Shown piece after piece: positions 19,701 through 30,088 of a DNA stretch of 64,000 bases. Numbering within the stretch: position 1 is the stretch's first letter; each line of letters opens with the position of its first letter. The stretch covers positions 1,200 to 65,199 of the forward strand of contig CAMJLE010000002.1 of assembly GCA_946406665.1 (NCBI GenBank), given 5' to 3'. A program made the position numbers and the translations under genes. This DNA comes from an uncultured Candidatus Saccharibacteria bacterium (lineage in GTDB: Bacteria; Patescibacteriota; Saccharimonadia; Saccharimonadales; Saccharimonadaceae). The notes beneath the pieces were generated by a model that was not told where the DNA came from, did not search any database, and was given only the letters and a program-made list of their open reading frames with translations.

Positions 19701-21110
19701 TTAATTCTTCGGGAATAGCGGCGTAACGGGTGGCTGAATATCTGCCGCCGTAAAGATTTCTTTAATCTTTGCAGAAATATCCGGTAAGAAGATCTGCAAA
19801 CGATCATTGATGGCTAGCAAGTCAGCTACAAGCTTAATCAAGACCTTTTCTGCCTTTTCTGGGTCGGTCTTAGCGAGCGCCCATGGCTTTTCAGCATCAA
19901 TGCGCTTGTTAAGCTCGGAGATACCATCCCATAGTACGTCGAAAGCGAAATTGAACTCGTATTTTTGCATGCGACGGTCAAACTCCTCGTCTGGCCGCTG
20001 CTCAACTTTCTGACCAGGGATGTTGTTTTTCTTGCAAAGTGTAGCAAGGCGCTGAACAAGATTGCCGAGGTCGTTTGCTAATTCATTATATGCAGCTTCG
20101 TATTTATCCCAAGTAAAGTCCGCGTCGTCGGTAGTAGAAGCATGTCGCAAGAAATAATAGCGAAAAGGCGCAAGACCGTGCTTGTCGATAATTTCTTGAG
20201 GGTCAATCACATTTCCGATTGACTTAGACATCTTCTCGCCATTAGCAGTAATCCACCCGTGCGCAAGCAAGTTACGCGGCAATGGTAGCCCAAGACCTAA
20301 CAAGATGGCAGGCCAAATACCGGCATGAAAACGCAAAATATCTTTGCCAACAATTTGCGTGTGGGCGGGCCAGTCGGCGGAAATATCCTTCTCGGGATAA
20401 CCTAGAACGGTAATGTAGTTCGAGAGTGCATCTATCCAGACATACATGACCTGATTTTCATCGTCAGGTACAGGAATCCCCCATTGAACCTGCTCTTTTG
20501 GGCGAGAAATCGAAACATCAGGCATATCCTTGAGCATATTCAAAAACTCTTTTTTGCGAGATGATGGGGTAATTTTGAGTTCGTCCGATTCTATCGCTTC
20601 GCGAATTCGATCTTTAAAGTCGGCAATTCGAAGATAGTAGTTTTCTTCCGATAACTTCGTATACGGCTTTTTGTGGTCGGGACATTCACCATGATTATCG
20701 TTGTATTCTTTCTCTGTCACATAGCCTTCGCAGCCCTCGCAATACCAACCTTCATATTTGTCTTTGTAGATATGGTCTGAAAGTTTGGTCCATATAGCCT
20801 GACAACGGCGCTCATGATCTGGGTCGGTCGTGCGAACGAAGTCTGTATATTCAACACCCAGCGAATGGATAAAATCTTGGTATTTTTGGGCTTTTTGGTC
20901 AACGAATTCTTGAACCGGAACGCCCTGCTCTGCCGCTTTCTTGAAATTCTTACTACCATGCTCGTCCGTGCCGGCCTGGAGGCGAACTTTTTCGCCGCGG
21001 TACATCATATAACGGCGGAGAGTATCCGCAAGTAGATAATCCATAGTGTGGCCAAGGTGCGGATTACCGTTGACGTATGGAATAGCTGTCGTAATATATG
21101 ATTCTTTCAT
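19701..21110 (-). CDS. metG: Methionyl-tRNA synthetase (short form)
   Basis: PYVNGNPHLGH (HIGH-type) and KMSKS motifs, 469 aa. Confidence 0.95.
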   Translation of the reverse strand: MKESYITTAIPYVNGNPHLGHTMDYLLADTLRRYMMYRGEKVRLQAGTDEHGSKNFKKAAEQGVPVQEFVDQKAQKYQDFIHSLGVEYTDFVRTTDPDHERRCQAIWTKLSDHIYKDKYEGWYCEGCEGYVTEKEYNDNHGECPDHKKPYTKLSEENYYLRIADFKDRIREAIESDELKITPSSRKKEFLNMLKDMPDVSISRPKEQVQWGIPVPDDENQVMYVWIDALSNYITVLGYPEKDISADWPAHTQIVGKDILRFHAGIWPAILLGLGLPLPRNLLAHGWITANGEKMSKSIGNVIDPQEIIDKHGLAPFRYYFLRHASTTDDADFTWDKYEAAYNELANDLGNLVQRLATLCKKNNIPGQKVEQRPDEEFDRRMQKYEFNFAFDVLWDGISELNKRIDAEKPWALAKTDPEKAEKVLIKLVADLLAINDRLQIFLPDISAKIKEIFTAADIQPPVTPLFPKN

Positions 21111-21149
21111 GAACCATATTTTAACATCTTTTACAGATAAAGGCGAATG

Positions 21150-21881
21150 CTACTTTCTGGTGACGAGGAAGATTACGACGCCAGCAATAGCAACAACTGC
21201 AATTAAGCTGACGGCGATAATGATAGGAGTCTTACTCTTGCGGCCAGGAACAGTGATGGCATCCGCTGCTGGAGCGGGTTGCTCGCTAGGCGTGGTAGCT
21301 GGCGCCTCGGCAGGCGCTGCGGATGAACTTGCGGGGTCTGCTTGAGCGACAGATTGATCGATAGGCGTCGTTTCGAAATTAGCTAACGGATCGGAATTAA
21401 TATTATCGTATTGCTTTGGCGCTTCGGTCTTTTGCTCACTAGGAGTTTCCGTCTCATCTATAATGTCGCCAGAAACGAACGAGGCGCTTGGCGTAGCTGG
21501 TTTTTCTGCAGTGGCTGGGTCTTCGCCGTTCATCTCGGCAGCATTTGCAGTAAGTGCGCTCAGTGTTGGATTGACGGCTGCTACAGGATCAGTCGCCGCG
21601 TCGGTAGTGCTAGCTGCGCCACCGGCAAGACTCATATTAGGATCTTGCCTAAGTTGCTGATCGAGCTCGTCTTGCGAACTCGGTACGTTATCTAGGCTAA
21701 TATCGTTAATATCAAAAGCCGCGGCCGGGCTTGAGCCGGCATCGCTTGTAGCAGCGATAGCCTCATTAATCGCATTCATACCTTCGGACTGGTCAACAAA
21801 ACTGACTGGTGCCCCGAAGTCATTTGCGGCCGAATCCGTGTTCGTGTTTGCCGTTGCAGAGTTCTGATTGTCTAAATCCAT
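21150..21881 (-). CDS. Low-complexity acidic/Ala-Ser-rich protein with C-terminal TM anchor
   Basis: 243 aa ending in PIIIAVSLIAVVAIAGVVIFLVTRK. No recognisable domain. Confidence 0.45.
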   Translation of the reverse strand: MDLDNQNSATANTNTDSAANDFGAPVSFVDQSEGMNAINEAIAATSDAGSSPAAAFDINDISLDNVPSSQDELDQQLRQDPNMSLAGGAASTTDAATDPVAAVNPTLSALTANAAEMNGEDPATAEKPATPSASFVSGDIIDETETPSEQKTEAPKQYDNINSDPLANFETTPIDQSVAQADPASSSAAPAEAPATTPSEQPAPAADAITVPGRKSKTPIIIAVSLIAVVAIAGVVIFLVTRK

Positions 21882-21931
21882 GCGGATCCGCCTCCATTAA
21901 AATATAATTATCCGTTTTACCTAATTATATT

Positions 21932-22702
21932 TTAGTGCTTATGGATATTTTTTTCAAGCATTAGCCAATCGGAAATCGATAAATCGGCTGGGCGAAGATT
22001 CTCATCTAGGTGCTGACTGGCGAAAATGTCCCTCAACTTCTCTTTTGGCAGATGAGTACCAACGGTTAGGTTAGAAATTAGTTTTTTGCGTGGCGCAATG
22101 AATCCAAGCTTTATTAAGGCCATCGTGCTCTCACTAGCAAGCGGCTCTTTCAGCGGCTCCAGAATAACGACTTGACTGTCGACTTTCGGCGGAGGCGTAA
22201 AGAATTCTCTGCCTACGACTGGACCTAAAGTAACTTTCGCATATATCTGAGCTGAGAGACCAAGAACGGAGTAGTCGCCCGCCTCTGCAGCAAGGCGTTC
22301 AGCCACCTCTTCTTGGATAAGTAGCACAATCTTTGCGGGAGGGTGGTCAGCATGCAAGAATTTTTGAATAATCGGGGATGTGATGTAGTATGGAATATTG
22401 CCCGCCACGACGTAGTTTTTGGGCAAATCAAGCGTATTTAGATCCAGAGACAGAATATCTTGATTGTGAACGACAAGATTCTTGCCGGGAAATGATTTTG
22501 GCAAATTCTCGGCTAACCGATTATCTAGTTCGATGGCTATAACTTTATCGAAGTTTTTAAATAGAGTTGAGGTAAGTGTGCCAAGGCCTGGCCCAATCTC
22601 GACCACCGTATCTACGCCGTCCGCTGCGGCAAAATTAGAGATATCCAACAGGATATCTCGGTCCTTGAGCCAGTGTTGTCCGAGAGATTTACGATTCCTC
22701 AT
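21932..22702 (-). CDS. rsmA: 16S rRNA (adenine1518/1519-N6)-dimethyltransferase
   Basis: MRNRKSLGQHWL..., VVEIGPGLGTLT. Start taken at the ATG at 22702; the track ORF's upstream extension overlaps the preceding gene. Confidence 0.9.
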   Translation of the reverse strand: MRNRKSLGQHWLKDRDILLDISNFAAADGVDTVVEIGPGLGTLTSTLFKNFDKVIAIELDNRLAENLPKSFPGKNLVVHNQDILSLDLNTLDLPKNYVVAGNIPYYITSPIIQKFLHADHPPAKIVLLIQEEVAERLAAEAGDYSVLGLSAQIYAKVTLGPVVGREFFTPPPKVDSQVVILEPLKEPLASESTMALIKLGFIAPRKKLISNLTVGTHLPKEKLRDIFASQHLDENLRPADLSISDWLMLEKNIHKH

Positions 22703-22709
22703 TTTTCTA

Positions 22710-23942
22710 TTACCACCAATGATTAACTGTCCAGAATTGATACGCCTTGGCCCAACTACCGTAGCGCCCCACAGCATAACCATTACACCATCGGAGCTGA
22801 GTGATAGGGTTCGTAGCCCAGTCGCTTCCGGCCGATGCCATTTTGTTGCCAGGGAGAGCCTGACAAAGACCAGTGGCGCCACTAGATCGGTTTCTTGCCA
22901 ATGGGTTCCAATGCGATTCGTGCGTGATAATAAAGTTCACATATCCATAGTCGCTCGAGGATATACCGGCCCGCGACATCCAATCTTCGTGCGATCCGGC
23001 CGGCAGATTAACTTTCATGCCAACACGAACTTCTTGCTCGACTGGTTTTTTCGTAACGATGGAGGAGATTACTTTGCGCGAAACCTCTTTGCCATTACGC
23101 ATTTCAATTTCGTAAGTAACCATCTTCTTGCCATCGCTTCCCTCTTTGACGACTTTGCGTGTTCCGTAATCCATGGAGTAATCTTGGATAGTTTTAGTAT
23201 CAAACTTCACTACTTCTTCGACCGTCTTTGTCTGTTTGCCCTGTTTATACACTGCGAAGTCGATGCCGTCCGTAATCTTGACGTTGTCCTCTAGTGATGC
23301 CCAAGTATCCTTATGGTCAACAGATATCTCGCGTTCAGCTAAAAATTCCCCGATTGTGTCGGCCTGCGTACGAACTACCATTTCCTCGCCATAAAAATCG
23401 AAATTAATTTGTTTGGCGCGAGTAATTTGATATGCCGCCATCATGCCACTCTCGAGTAATCCGTCATACGGCACAACTTCCACGACATCTTCGTCGAAAA
23501 GCTCAATGCCAGCATCCGATACGACTGCTTCTGGATCAGTGGATGAAGTATGAATATGACGTTTTACGGTGTCGTCAACAACGACGGTTTCGCGCGCGCG
23601 GTAAATGTTAATGCTAAACGATTCAGAATCGATTTTATCGTCGAGCCCTGGCTCTATCGTGTCATACTCGTCGTATTGAATTCCGGCACGAGCAAGCAAA
23701 TCACGAACAGTAGTCGCGCCAGATCGCATCGTGGTCTTATTCTCGCCGTCGTAGATAGTAATAAAACTCTGCGCGCCATCAGCGGTAGCGCCGTCAGCGG
23801 AAATTGCGCTCGCAAAAAAACCACTCTGCTTCATAACTATACTAACAACAAGAATAGCAGCAGTGATGCCAAGAATTACTAAGGATGGAATGGAGAACAT
23901 TCCTAATACCTTGCGTATTTTCATGCATATAAATTTTAACAT
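22710..23942 (-). CDS. YabE/RpfB-like cell-wall protein: DUF348 repeats + G5 domain + C-terminal transglycosylase-like domain
   Basis: N-terminal TM, G5-like segment (KVVKEGSDGKKMVTYEIEMRNGKEVSRKV) and C-terminal HESHWNP...GATGLCQALPGNKM. Sitting next to rsmA matches the yabE-ksgA synteny of Firmicutes. Confidence 0.65.
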   Translation of the reverse strand: MLKFICMKIRKVLGMFSIPSLVILGITAAILVVSIVMKQSGFFASAISADGATADGAQSFITIYDGENKTTMRSGATTVRDLLARAGIQYDEYDTIEPGLDDKIDSESFSINIYRARETVVVDDTVKRHIHTSSTDPEAVVSDAGIELFDEDVVEVVPYDGLLESGMMAAYQITRAKQINFDFYGEEMVVRTQADTIGEFLAEREISVDHKDTWASLEDNVKITDGIDFAVYKQGKQTKTVEEVVKFDTKTIQDYSMDYGTRKVVKEGSDGKKMVTYEIEMRNGKEVSRKVISSIVTKKPVEQEVRVGMKVNLPAGSHEDWMSRAGISSSDYGYVNFIITHESHWNPLARNRSSGATGLCQALPGNKMASAGSDWATNPITQLRWCNGYAVGRYGSWAKAYQFWTVNHWW

Positions 23943-23977
23943 ATCTAGCTCCTTCGGGCAAATTCGGGTAGCCCAAT

Positions 23978-24814
23978 TTACGCTTTCTTAATTAAAATAC
24001 GATACTTCGTAATCTGGATGAAATGATCTTTGCCGAGCGGATATTTTTTGCCCGGCGCATAATCGCGAATGGCGGCGATTGCGCGTTTTAGCTGAGGACG
24101 AGTTTGAGAAACCTGATATCGCAAAAGAAGACCTCGCAATAGCTCCAGGGCTGAATCGTCATCAATCCGGCAAAAGACATCACGGGAATAGCCGACTGAA
24201 CTATCTCTTAGGCATTCGTTGAGGATAGCCTCAATTTCTTTCGCAATCGCACACTGTCTACGATATAGCTCGCGGAGTTGTATTTTTTGCTCATCGTTGG
24301 CGTACATGAAGCGTGCGCGAATACGATTGCGCAGATAGTCGTCTTCAGTGTTAGTCTGATCTTGGCGAAAATGGAGCTGGTATTTGGCCGCATACTCATA
24401 AATATCTTTTTTTCGCCAGGAAATTAGCGGGCGCTCAATTGCTGGGTTGCGAAACGGCGCCAGCCCACGCCAACCAGTGCCGCGCAGGCAATTGATGGCA
24501 ATAGATTCATACACATCATCTAGGTGGTGCGCAACGTAAAGTCTGCCATCATGTTTCTCACAGATGGAATTTAGAAAATCATAGCGAGCTTGGCGCGCTA
24601 AGGCCTCAGATGCACCAAGGCCAAGATGGGCACTTTTAGCCTCAAATTCAAGACCATAGTCGTGAGCGAGCTTCTGGACAAATAATAGATCGTCGGCTGA
24701 GTTTGGTCGAATGCCGTGGTCGAAATGAGCCACAACCACATCTGGATCATCGCGGAAGATATGAAGTAGTGTAACCGAATCTATTCCACCAGATACCGCA
24801 AGGATTTTTTTCAT
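23978..24814 (-). CDS. tilS: tRNA(Ile)-lysidine synthase (short form)
   Basis: PP-loop AVSGGIDS at the N-terminus, 278 aa. Confidence 0.85.
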   Translation of the reverse strand: MKKILAVSGGIDSVTLLHIFRDDPDVVVAHFDHGIRPNSADDLLFVQKLAHDYGLEFEAKSAHLGLGASEALARQARYDFLNSICEKHDGRLYVAHHLDDVYESIAINCLRGTGWRGLAPFRNPAIERPLISWRKKDIYEYAAKYQLHFRQDQTNTEDDYLRNRIRARFMYANDEQKIQLRELYRRQCAIAKEIEAILNECLRDSSVGYSRDVFCRIDDDSALELLRGLLLRYQVSQTRPQLKRAIAAIRDYAPGKKYPLGKDHFIQITKYRILIKKA

Positions 24815-24851
24815 GTGCTACAATTATTCCATAAGCGGAGAAAAAAAGAAA

Positions 24852-25478
24852 ATGCTAATGGTTGGCTCAAACATGACCGACTTTCCAGTACTAAGCCTGC
24901 ATGTAGGTGGCGAGATTGCGCGCACAAAACGAGCCATCATCGACCCAGAGGATTTGCGAATCTTAGCCTACACTGTTGGTGGGCCGGCTATTGATAATGA
25001 CCCGGAAGCTGGGGATATTCTCGATTTGTCCGACGTACGAGAGATAAGCGATATTGGATTCGTCATTGATTCTGTAGATAATCTTACGACACGGAACGAA
25101 GTCATTAAGCTAGATGAGATTATGGCTCTGGACTTTGATTTGGTTGGGCTTAAAGTCGTAGACCAGAAGGGTAAAAAGATGGGCAAGGTCGTTGACTACA
25201 CCGTCGATTCCGGCAGCTTTATGGTCTATCAACTAATTGTTCAGCGTCCATTAATGTCCTCTTTTATCGACCCCCAGCTAACAATTAATCGCTCGCAAAT
25301 TGTAGAAATTGACGATTTTAAGGTAGTTATTAAACATAGCACCTCAAAGGTGAAAGTCCCGAAGAAGACCGAGGTGCCGGAAGAAGAATTTGTACCCAAT
25401 TTTGTTAATCCATTCAAAAAACCAGACTATGCTCCGTCGGACGAAAAAGTAGATAGCTCTTCAGATACGTCAGAATAA
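24852..25478 (+). CDS. PRC-barrel-like domain protein (two repeats)
   Basis: The start at ATG 24852 is preceded by GGAG. The PRC-barrel call is from memory of YlmC/YmxH-like proteins. Confidence 0.4.
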   Translation: MLMVGSNMTDFPVLSLHVGGEIARTKRAIIDPEDLRILAYTVGGPAIDNDPEAGDILDLSDVREISDIGFVIDSVDNLTTRNEVIKLDEIMALDFDLVGLKVVDQKGKKMGKVVDYTVDSGSFMVYQLIVQRPLMSSFIDPQLTINRSQIVEIDDFKVVIKHSTSKVKVPKKTEVPEEEFVPNFVNPFKKPDYAPSDEKVDSSSDTSE

Positions 25479-26155
25479 TTAAAACCTTGACGGACAAGAT
25501 ATTGCATTAGTTTTTGACGGTCAGCGTAGCGACTCGCCTTGCGTGCTATGACCTTGCGTAGTTCCTCTCGCTCATTACGAGTATCGTCTTGTAAGACTGC
25601 ATCGATAATGCGCTTATCGACCCCCTTCTCTGTCAATTCATTGCGAAGCTTCCGATTGCTGATACCTTTTTTGATGTGGCGATTTTCCACCCAAATGCGC
25701 ACAAAGCGCTCATCGTCAAGGTGTCCATGTTGCTCGAGTCGCTCAATGACAAGCGGCATAAGACTAGCGTCGTAGCCTTCGCGAATCTTCGTCTGATATT
25801 CGCCAGTCTTGGGATTCCTAATGCGCACTTTCTTGTTGATAGTCTTGCGCTTTAAATAGTCTTTGATTTCCTTAGTGGAATGAGGCCGCATCAGAACATA
25901 TTCAAGTGCGCGACTATAGAATTTACCGAATTCCGAAGCACGCTTGAGTTGAGCGAGCTCCTCTTCGGAAATCTCACGGCCTATTTTAACACCAAAATCT
26001 ACAACTTGAGAGATATCGAGGGAACAATAATACTTACTATCGATATAGATATTTACGCGATTGCGGTCGCGGACCGCCTCTTTGATATCAGTTACTCGAT
26101 GCGCGTGTGCATTGTTTTTCTGCTCGTCATCGAAAATAGTTTGAATTTCAAGCAT
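25427..26155 (-). CDS. recX: RecA regulator RecX
   Basis: Lies immediately downstream of recA (TAATG overlap). Helical-repeat protein of 242 aa. Confidence 0.8.
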   Translation of the reverse strand: MLEIQTIFDDEQKNNAHAHRVTDIKEAVRDRNRVNIYIDSKYYCSLDISQVVDFGVKIGREISEEELAQLKRASEFGKFYSRALEYVLMRPHSTKEIKDYLKRKTINKKVRIRNPKTGEYQTKIREGYDASLMPLVIERLEQHGHLDDERFVRIWVENRHIKKGISNRKLRNELTEKGVDKRIIDAVLQDDTRNEREELRKVIARKASRYADRQKLMQYLVRQGFNYSDVSEELSTFSSDGA

Positions 26156-27225
26156 TAATCTTCGTCGGTCTTAGCAGCCTCACGGACCTTAGCTTCAATC
26201 TCGGACATAAGCTCTGGCTTCTCTTTGAAAAGACGCTTCACTGCTTCGCGACCTTGACCAAGAGTCTCGCCATTATATTTGAAGAATGCGCCAGCCTTTT
26301 CTAGAACTCCATACTGAACGGCGAGGTCGAGCACGTCACCAGTTTTGCTGATACCCTCGTTATACATAATATCGAATTCGGCCGTACGGAATGGCGCGGC
26401 AATCTTATTTTTTACAACCTTAATCTTTGTGCGGTTTCCCGATACATTCTCGCCATCTTTAATCTGACCAATACGGCGAATGTCTACGCGGACGGAAGCG
26501 TAGAATTTAAGAGCGTTGCCGCCAGTTGTGGTCTCAGGATTGCCAAACATAACGCCGATCTTCATACGAATCTGGTTGATAAAGATAACCGTAGCTTTAG
26601 TCTTGCTAATGATGCCAGTGAGCTTGCGCATAGCTTGAGACATGAGGCGTGCCTGGAGCCCCATCTGGGCATCACCCATGTCGCCATCGATTTCTGCTTG
26701 CGGAACCAACGCGGCGACGGAGTCGACAATAATTAAGTCAACGGCACCAGAACGAACGAGCGTTTCGCAGATTTCTAACGCTTGCTCGCCATTGTCTGGC
26801 TGAGATATGAGCAGATTATCGGTATCGACGCCGATTTTGCGCGCATAGGCAGGGTCGAGAGCATGCTCTGCATCGATGAAGGCCGCCTGGCCTCCTTGCT
26901 TTTGTATTTCAGAAATAGCATGGAGTGCGAGCGTTGTTTTACCGGACGATTCTGGCCCATAGATTTCAATAATGCGCCCTTTCGGAAAACCACCACCAAG
27001 CGCTAAATCTAGCGCGAGTGAACCGGACGAAAATAGTTCGACGTCTATTTTGGACTGTTCGCCCAGTTTCATGATGGAGCCATCACCGAATTGCTTCGTA
27101 ATCTGAGTTAAGGCAAGATTCAAAGCCTGTTTTTTGCTGTCGTCCATTGCGGATACTTTATTTTCTTTACTAGCTTTTTTGTCTTTATCTGACGCGCCCA
27201 CCACTTCCTGACTCTTCTTAGCCAC
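26155..27225 (-). CDS. recA: Recombinase RecA
   Basis: [12 protein letters not shown] Walker A and a canonical RecA core, 356 aa. Confidence 0.97.
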   Translation of the reverse strand: MAKKSQEVVGASDKDKKASKENKVSAMDDSKKQALNLALTQITKQFGDGSIMKLGEQSKIDVELFSSGSLALDLALGGGFPKGRIIEIYGPESSGKTTLALHAISEIQKQGGQAAFIDAEHALDPAYARKIGVDTDNLLISQPDNGEQALEICETLVRSGAVDLIIVDSVAALVPQAEIDGDMGDAQMGLQARLMSQAMRKLTGIISKTKATVIFINQIRMKIGVMFGNPETTTGGNALKFYASVRVDIRRIGQIKDGENVSGNRTKIKVVKNKIAAPFRTAEFDIMYNEGISKTGDVLDLAVQYGVLEKAGAFFKYNGETLGQGREAVKRLFKEKPELMSEIEAKVREAAKTDED

Positions 27226-27276
27226 TTGAGAACCTCCTGTTTATACTTATATTTTAGCGAATTATTAGGGTAAAAT

Positions 27277-27675
27277 CTAGCGCGACGGCGCTTGTAAACT
27301 ATGCGTCTGGTAGACATGTTGCGCTTTAGGGCGATAGGCGGCAAAATCTTCAAAAAAGTAAGCCAAGAGAGTCTCAATACGATTACAAGTCTTGTGTGGG
27401 ATGGTTTTAAGATTACGAAAAGCCCGATTCATACGATTTACGACTGGAGCGTAATAAATCTCGCCGGAGGACAAATCAAGACCAAGACCATAGATGTCTT
27501 TGGCGTGAGAATGATATTTATATATCAACGAATCTCGTAGATCCATCAAGAATTCGTCCCCAGCCGCAATGACGCCTTTGTCTACATCGACAGCAACCCA
27601 AATATAGTTGTTCGAACGGCGCCTAATTTGGGCGACTTCTGCCGCATTCAATTTCATTCGTTTTAAGAATTTCAT
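27277..27675 (-). CDS. Hypothetical protein
   Basis: 132-aa ORF in an intergenic-sized slot, with no domain recognised. Confidence 0.45.
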   Translation of the reverse strand: MKFLKRMKLNAAEVAQIRRRSNNYIWVAVDVDKGVIAAGDEFLMDLRDSLIYKYHSHAKDIYGLGLDLSSGEIYYAPVVNRMNRAFRNLKTIPHKTCNRIETLLAYFFEDFAAYRPKAQHVYQTHSLQAPSR

Positions 27676-27837
27676 CCTTTCTCCTTTCGTTTATATTTTT
27701 AAAGACATAGCCACAAAATATCATTTAGCCTGATGCGCAAAAAAGCATCAGCTCAATATTTTTGACAAAGGGCACATATATCTAGTAGAAAATATGTTAA
27801 AATATAGAAAATATTCAACAAAAAGTAAGGGAGAAAC

Positions 27838-28539
27838 ATGAGCGGACATAGCAAATGGGCAACCACAAAGCGCCAAAAAGCCGTCGTTGACGCCAAGCGC
27901 GGTGCGTTGTTTACGAAAATCGGCAACCAAATCGCCATTGCGGCGCGTAGCGGTACCGATCCTGCCATGAACCCGTCGCTTGCAATGGTGTTGGAAAAAG
28001 CTCGCCAGGCCAACATGCCAAAGGCGAACATCGAACGCGCAATTGCGCGTGTGGCAGATAAGAGCGCCGCCGCACTGATTGAGGAGACTTACGAAGCATA
28101 TGGACCCGGCGGAGTTGGCATCATTATCGAAGTTGCAACAGATAACAAAAACCGAACGATGCCAGAGGTGCGCCATACACTAGAGAAAAATGGTGGCCGC
28201 ATGGCCGATCCAGGCTCAGTGATGTTTCAATTTACGCGTAAGGGTGTGATTTTCGTAAAAGCAAAAGGCGACGAAGTCATGATGGCCGCGCTTGATGCGG
28301 GCGCTGAAGACGTTGCGGACGAAGAAGATGGAACGACTATCTATACAGTAGCTGGCGATCTCGCTAAGGTGCGCAGTGGCCTGATTGATGCTGGTTTCGA
28401 AATTGACTCCGCGGAATTGCAATACGTCCCAAATAACACCGTACCAATTGATGAAGAGACTTCGACAAAAGTCGAGAAAATTCTAGACGCGATTGATGAC
28501 CTCGACGATGTCGTGGCGGTACATACGAACGCCGAGTAG
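27838..28539 (+). CDS. yebC: YebC/PmpR family DNA-binding regulator
   Basis: MSGHSKWATTKRQKAVVDAKRGALFTK. SD AAGGGAG lies upstream. Confidence 0.9.
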   Translation: MSGHSKWATTKRQKAVVDAKRGALFTKIGNQIAIAARSGTDPAMNPSLAMVLEKARQANMPKANIERAIARVADKSAAALIEETYEAYGPGGVGIIIEVATDNKNRTMPEVRHTLEKNGGRMADPGSVMFQFTRKGVIFVKAKGDEVMMAALDAGAEDVADEEDGTTIYTVAGDLAKVRSGLIDAGFEIDSAELQYVPNNTVPIDEETSTKVEKILDAIDDLDDVVAVHTNAE

Positions 28540-28567
28540 ACGCGCTGTGGCTAATATTGGGGAGATG

Positions 28568-30007
28568 TCATTGTCTCCCCATCTTTTCGAGCCCTACTTC
28601 GTCAAATTGCGTCACAAGTTTTTGCAACGCCCGCTTTAAAGGAAGGTTAAAATCGATTGCAATTTTTTCGAATTCAGACAGTTCTATATCTATGTTTTCC
28701 GCCTTTTTCCAATATCGTATCCTATCTTTGGCCGCCAGATTCAGGAAGCCAATTACCGTATCTTGATGTTTCTCTATGACGTCTTGCGCCTTTTCGCCGT
28801 ATAGCGGCCTCAGCTGATGGAAAATGGCCTTTGTTTTATCTTGCTCATCTTCCGAAAGGCCCCTAAAAAAGACTAGCATATCATAATCATCTTGCTCCTC
28901 TTCCGTAAGCTCGCCTTTAGCTGCCGATTCTTCATATTTTCTGATGCGTTGCTCTTTTTTTAGCTCATCGCTCGCTGTCTGCCTGTCTTTTTCGCTAAGG
29001 ATATTATTATCCCTCAGGAAAAGTAATATTTCATACTCGTCTTGCTCTTCTGGAGACAAGCTTTCTTCTGACGTTTTCTTCTTTTCATATGAGTCAATTT
29101 TCTCTTGGTCGTCATATGTTCTATGGTCTACGATTACGATTGGCACGTTATGATACGCCGCATGTCGTAAAGCTATTTCATTTATTTCTCCATAATCGTT
29201 GGCCTGCCCTTTTTCACCCTGGCTTTTAGTCGTAATAAAATCGGGCAGTCTAGGTTCTCCTTGTTTATCGTAGCGGGACCAAGCTACTTCGTTATAGCTG
29301 GCATGGGATTTGCTCCCATCATTGGCCGGATTCATGATGCCGGCCAGGATGCTGGCATCAAACGCGTCAACCGTCGTCTTTTGGTCGCCAGCCAAATGAC
29401 TGACACCCGCGTCATGAGGCTTGGCCGCTATCACTGAACTAGGAGGGACGGAATTCCAGGCATATCCACACGACGTTGGCAGTTGCATTTCCCTGCTGAT
29501 GCGGTCCGCGGCGTTCACGTAATTTGCGCTGATAGTACTCCCCATCCCGCCGCTCTTAGAAGTAGAGGTGAGTGCGATTTTTTCTTCTAGCTCTTTTTTA
29601 TTTTTAGCCCACAATGACGGATCTCCTATTAGTTGGTTGGAGATCTCATGCCCTCCAGTCCACCCGGAACCTTGTGCTTGCCTATAGTCTATGGCGCTCT
29701 GAAAAAAGCAAACTGGATAACCATACCTCAACACATAAACTGGAATCTTTTTGTCATCATATTCCGCTGTGTGCCTGTAGACGTGTATGTCGCCTAGCTC
29801 CGCTAAGGCGTCCAGTTCTTCAAAATCTACGCCCGCAGCCTCATTGAGTCTACGCTCGATTTGTTCTTGTGCTCTTTGGCGAGCATATCCTACATTGTCA
29901 CCAGTCTCGGCGTCTCCATATTTATTTCGATAGATCTCCATCTCCCGGATGAGCTCTTCTTCATCGCCGCTCAATTCGGACCTTACTCTCGATTCCATAT
30001 TACTCAT
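28568..30007 (-). CDS. Hypothetical protein with internal acidic repeat
   Basis: 479 aa. Repeats are SPEEQDEYEILLFLRDNNILSEKDRQ and TEEEQDDYDMLVFFRGLSEDEQDK. No known domain recognised. Confidence 0.45.
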   Translation of the reverse strand: MSNMESRVRSELSGDEEELIREMEIYRNKYGDAETGDNVGYARQRAQEQIERRLNEAAGVDFEELDALAELGDIHVYRHTAEYDDKKIPVYVLRYGYPVCFFQSAIDYRQAQGSGWTGGHEISNQLIGDPSLWAKNKKELEEKIALTSTSKSGGMGSTISANYVNAADRISREMQLPTSCGYAWNSVPPSSVIAAKPHDAGVSHLAGDQKTTVDAFDASILAGIMNPANDGSKSHASYNEVAWSRYDKQGEPRLPDFITTKSQGEKGQANDYGEINEIALRHAAYHNVPIVIVDHRTYDDQEKIDSYEKKKTSEESLSPEEQDEYEILLFLRDNNILSEKDRQTASDELKKEQRIRKYEESAAKGELTEEEQDDYDMLVFFRGLSEDEQDKTKAIFHQLRPLYGEKAQDVIEKHQDTVIGFLNLAAKDRIRYWKKAENIDIELSEFEKIAIDFNLPLKRALQKLVTQFDEVGLEKMGRQ

Positions 30008-30088
30008 ATCTTGATTCTAACACGGACAACAATGTAGACGCTTAGGTTGATTATTCACTAGCTATGCCAATGGTTCACGAAGCGGCTA

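Noticed and set aside
22482-23294. 270-aa + strand ORF
   Set aside because: It lies entirely antisense to rsmA and the YabE-like gene, both with clear homology. It has low-complexity Ser/Arg/Pro-rich composition and no SD. It is a shadow ORF.
25427-25478. Convergent CDS overlaps (recX with the PRC-barrel gene by 52 nt; trmH-like with a membrane protein at 36981..37033 by 53 nt; rnhB with the nuclease at 40553..40578)
   Set aside because: They are unusual, but each gene's conserved core ends before the overlap. This is probably just non-conserved C-terminal tails in a compact genome, with no further signal seen.
27748-28176. 142-aa minus-strand ORF
   Set aside because: It is antisense to yebC and is a shadow ORF.
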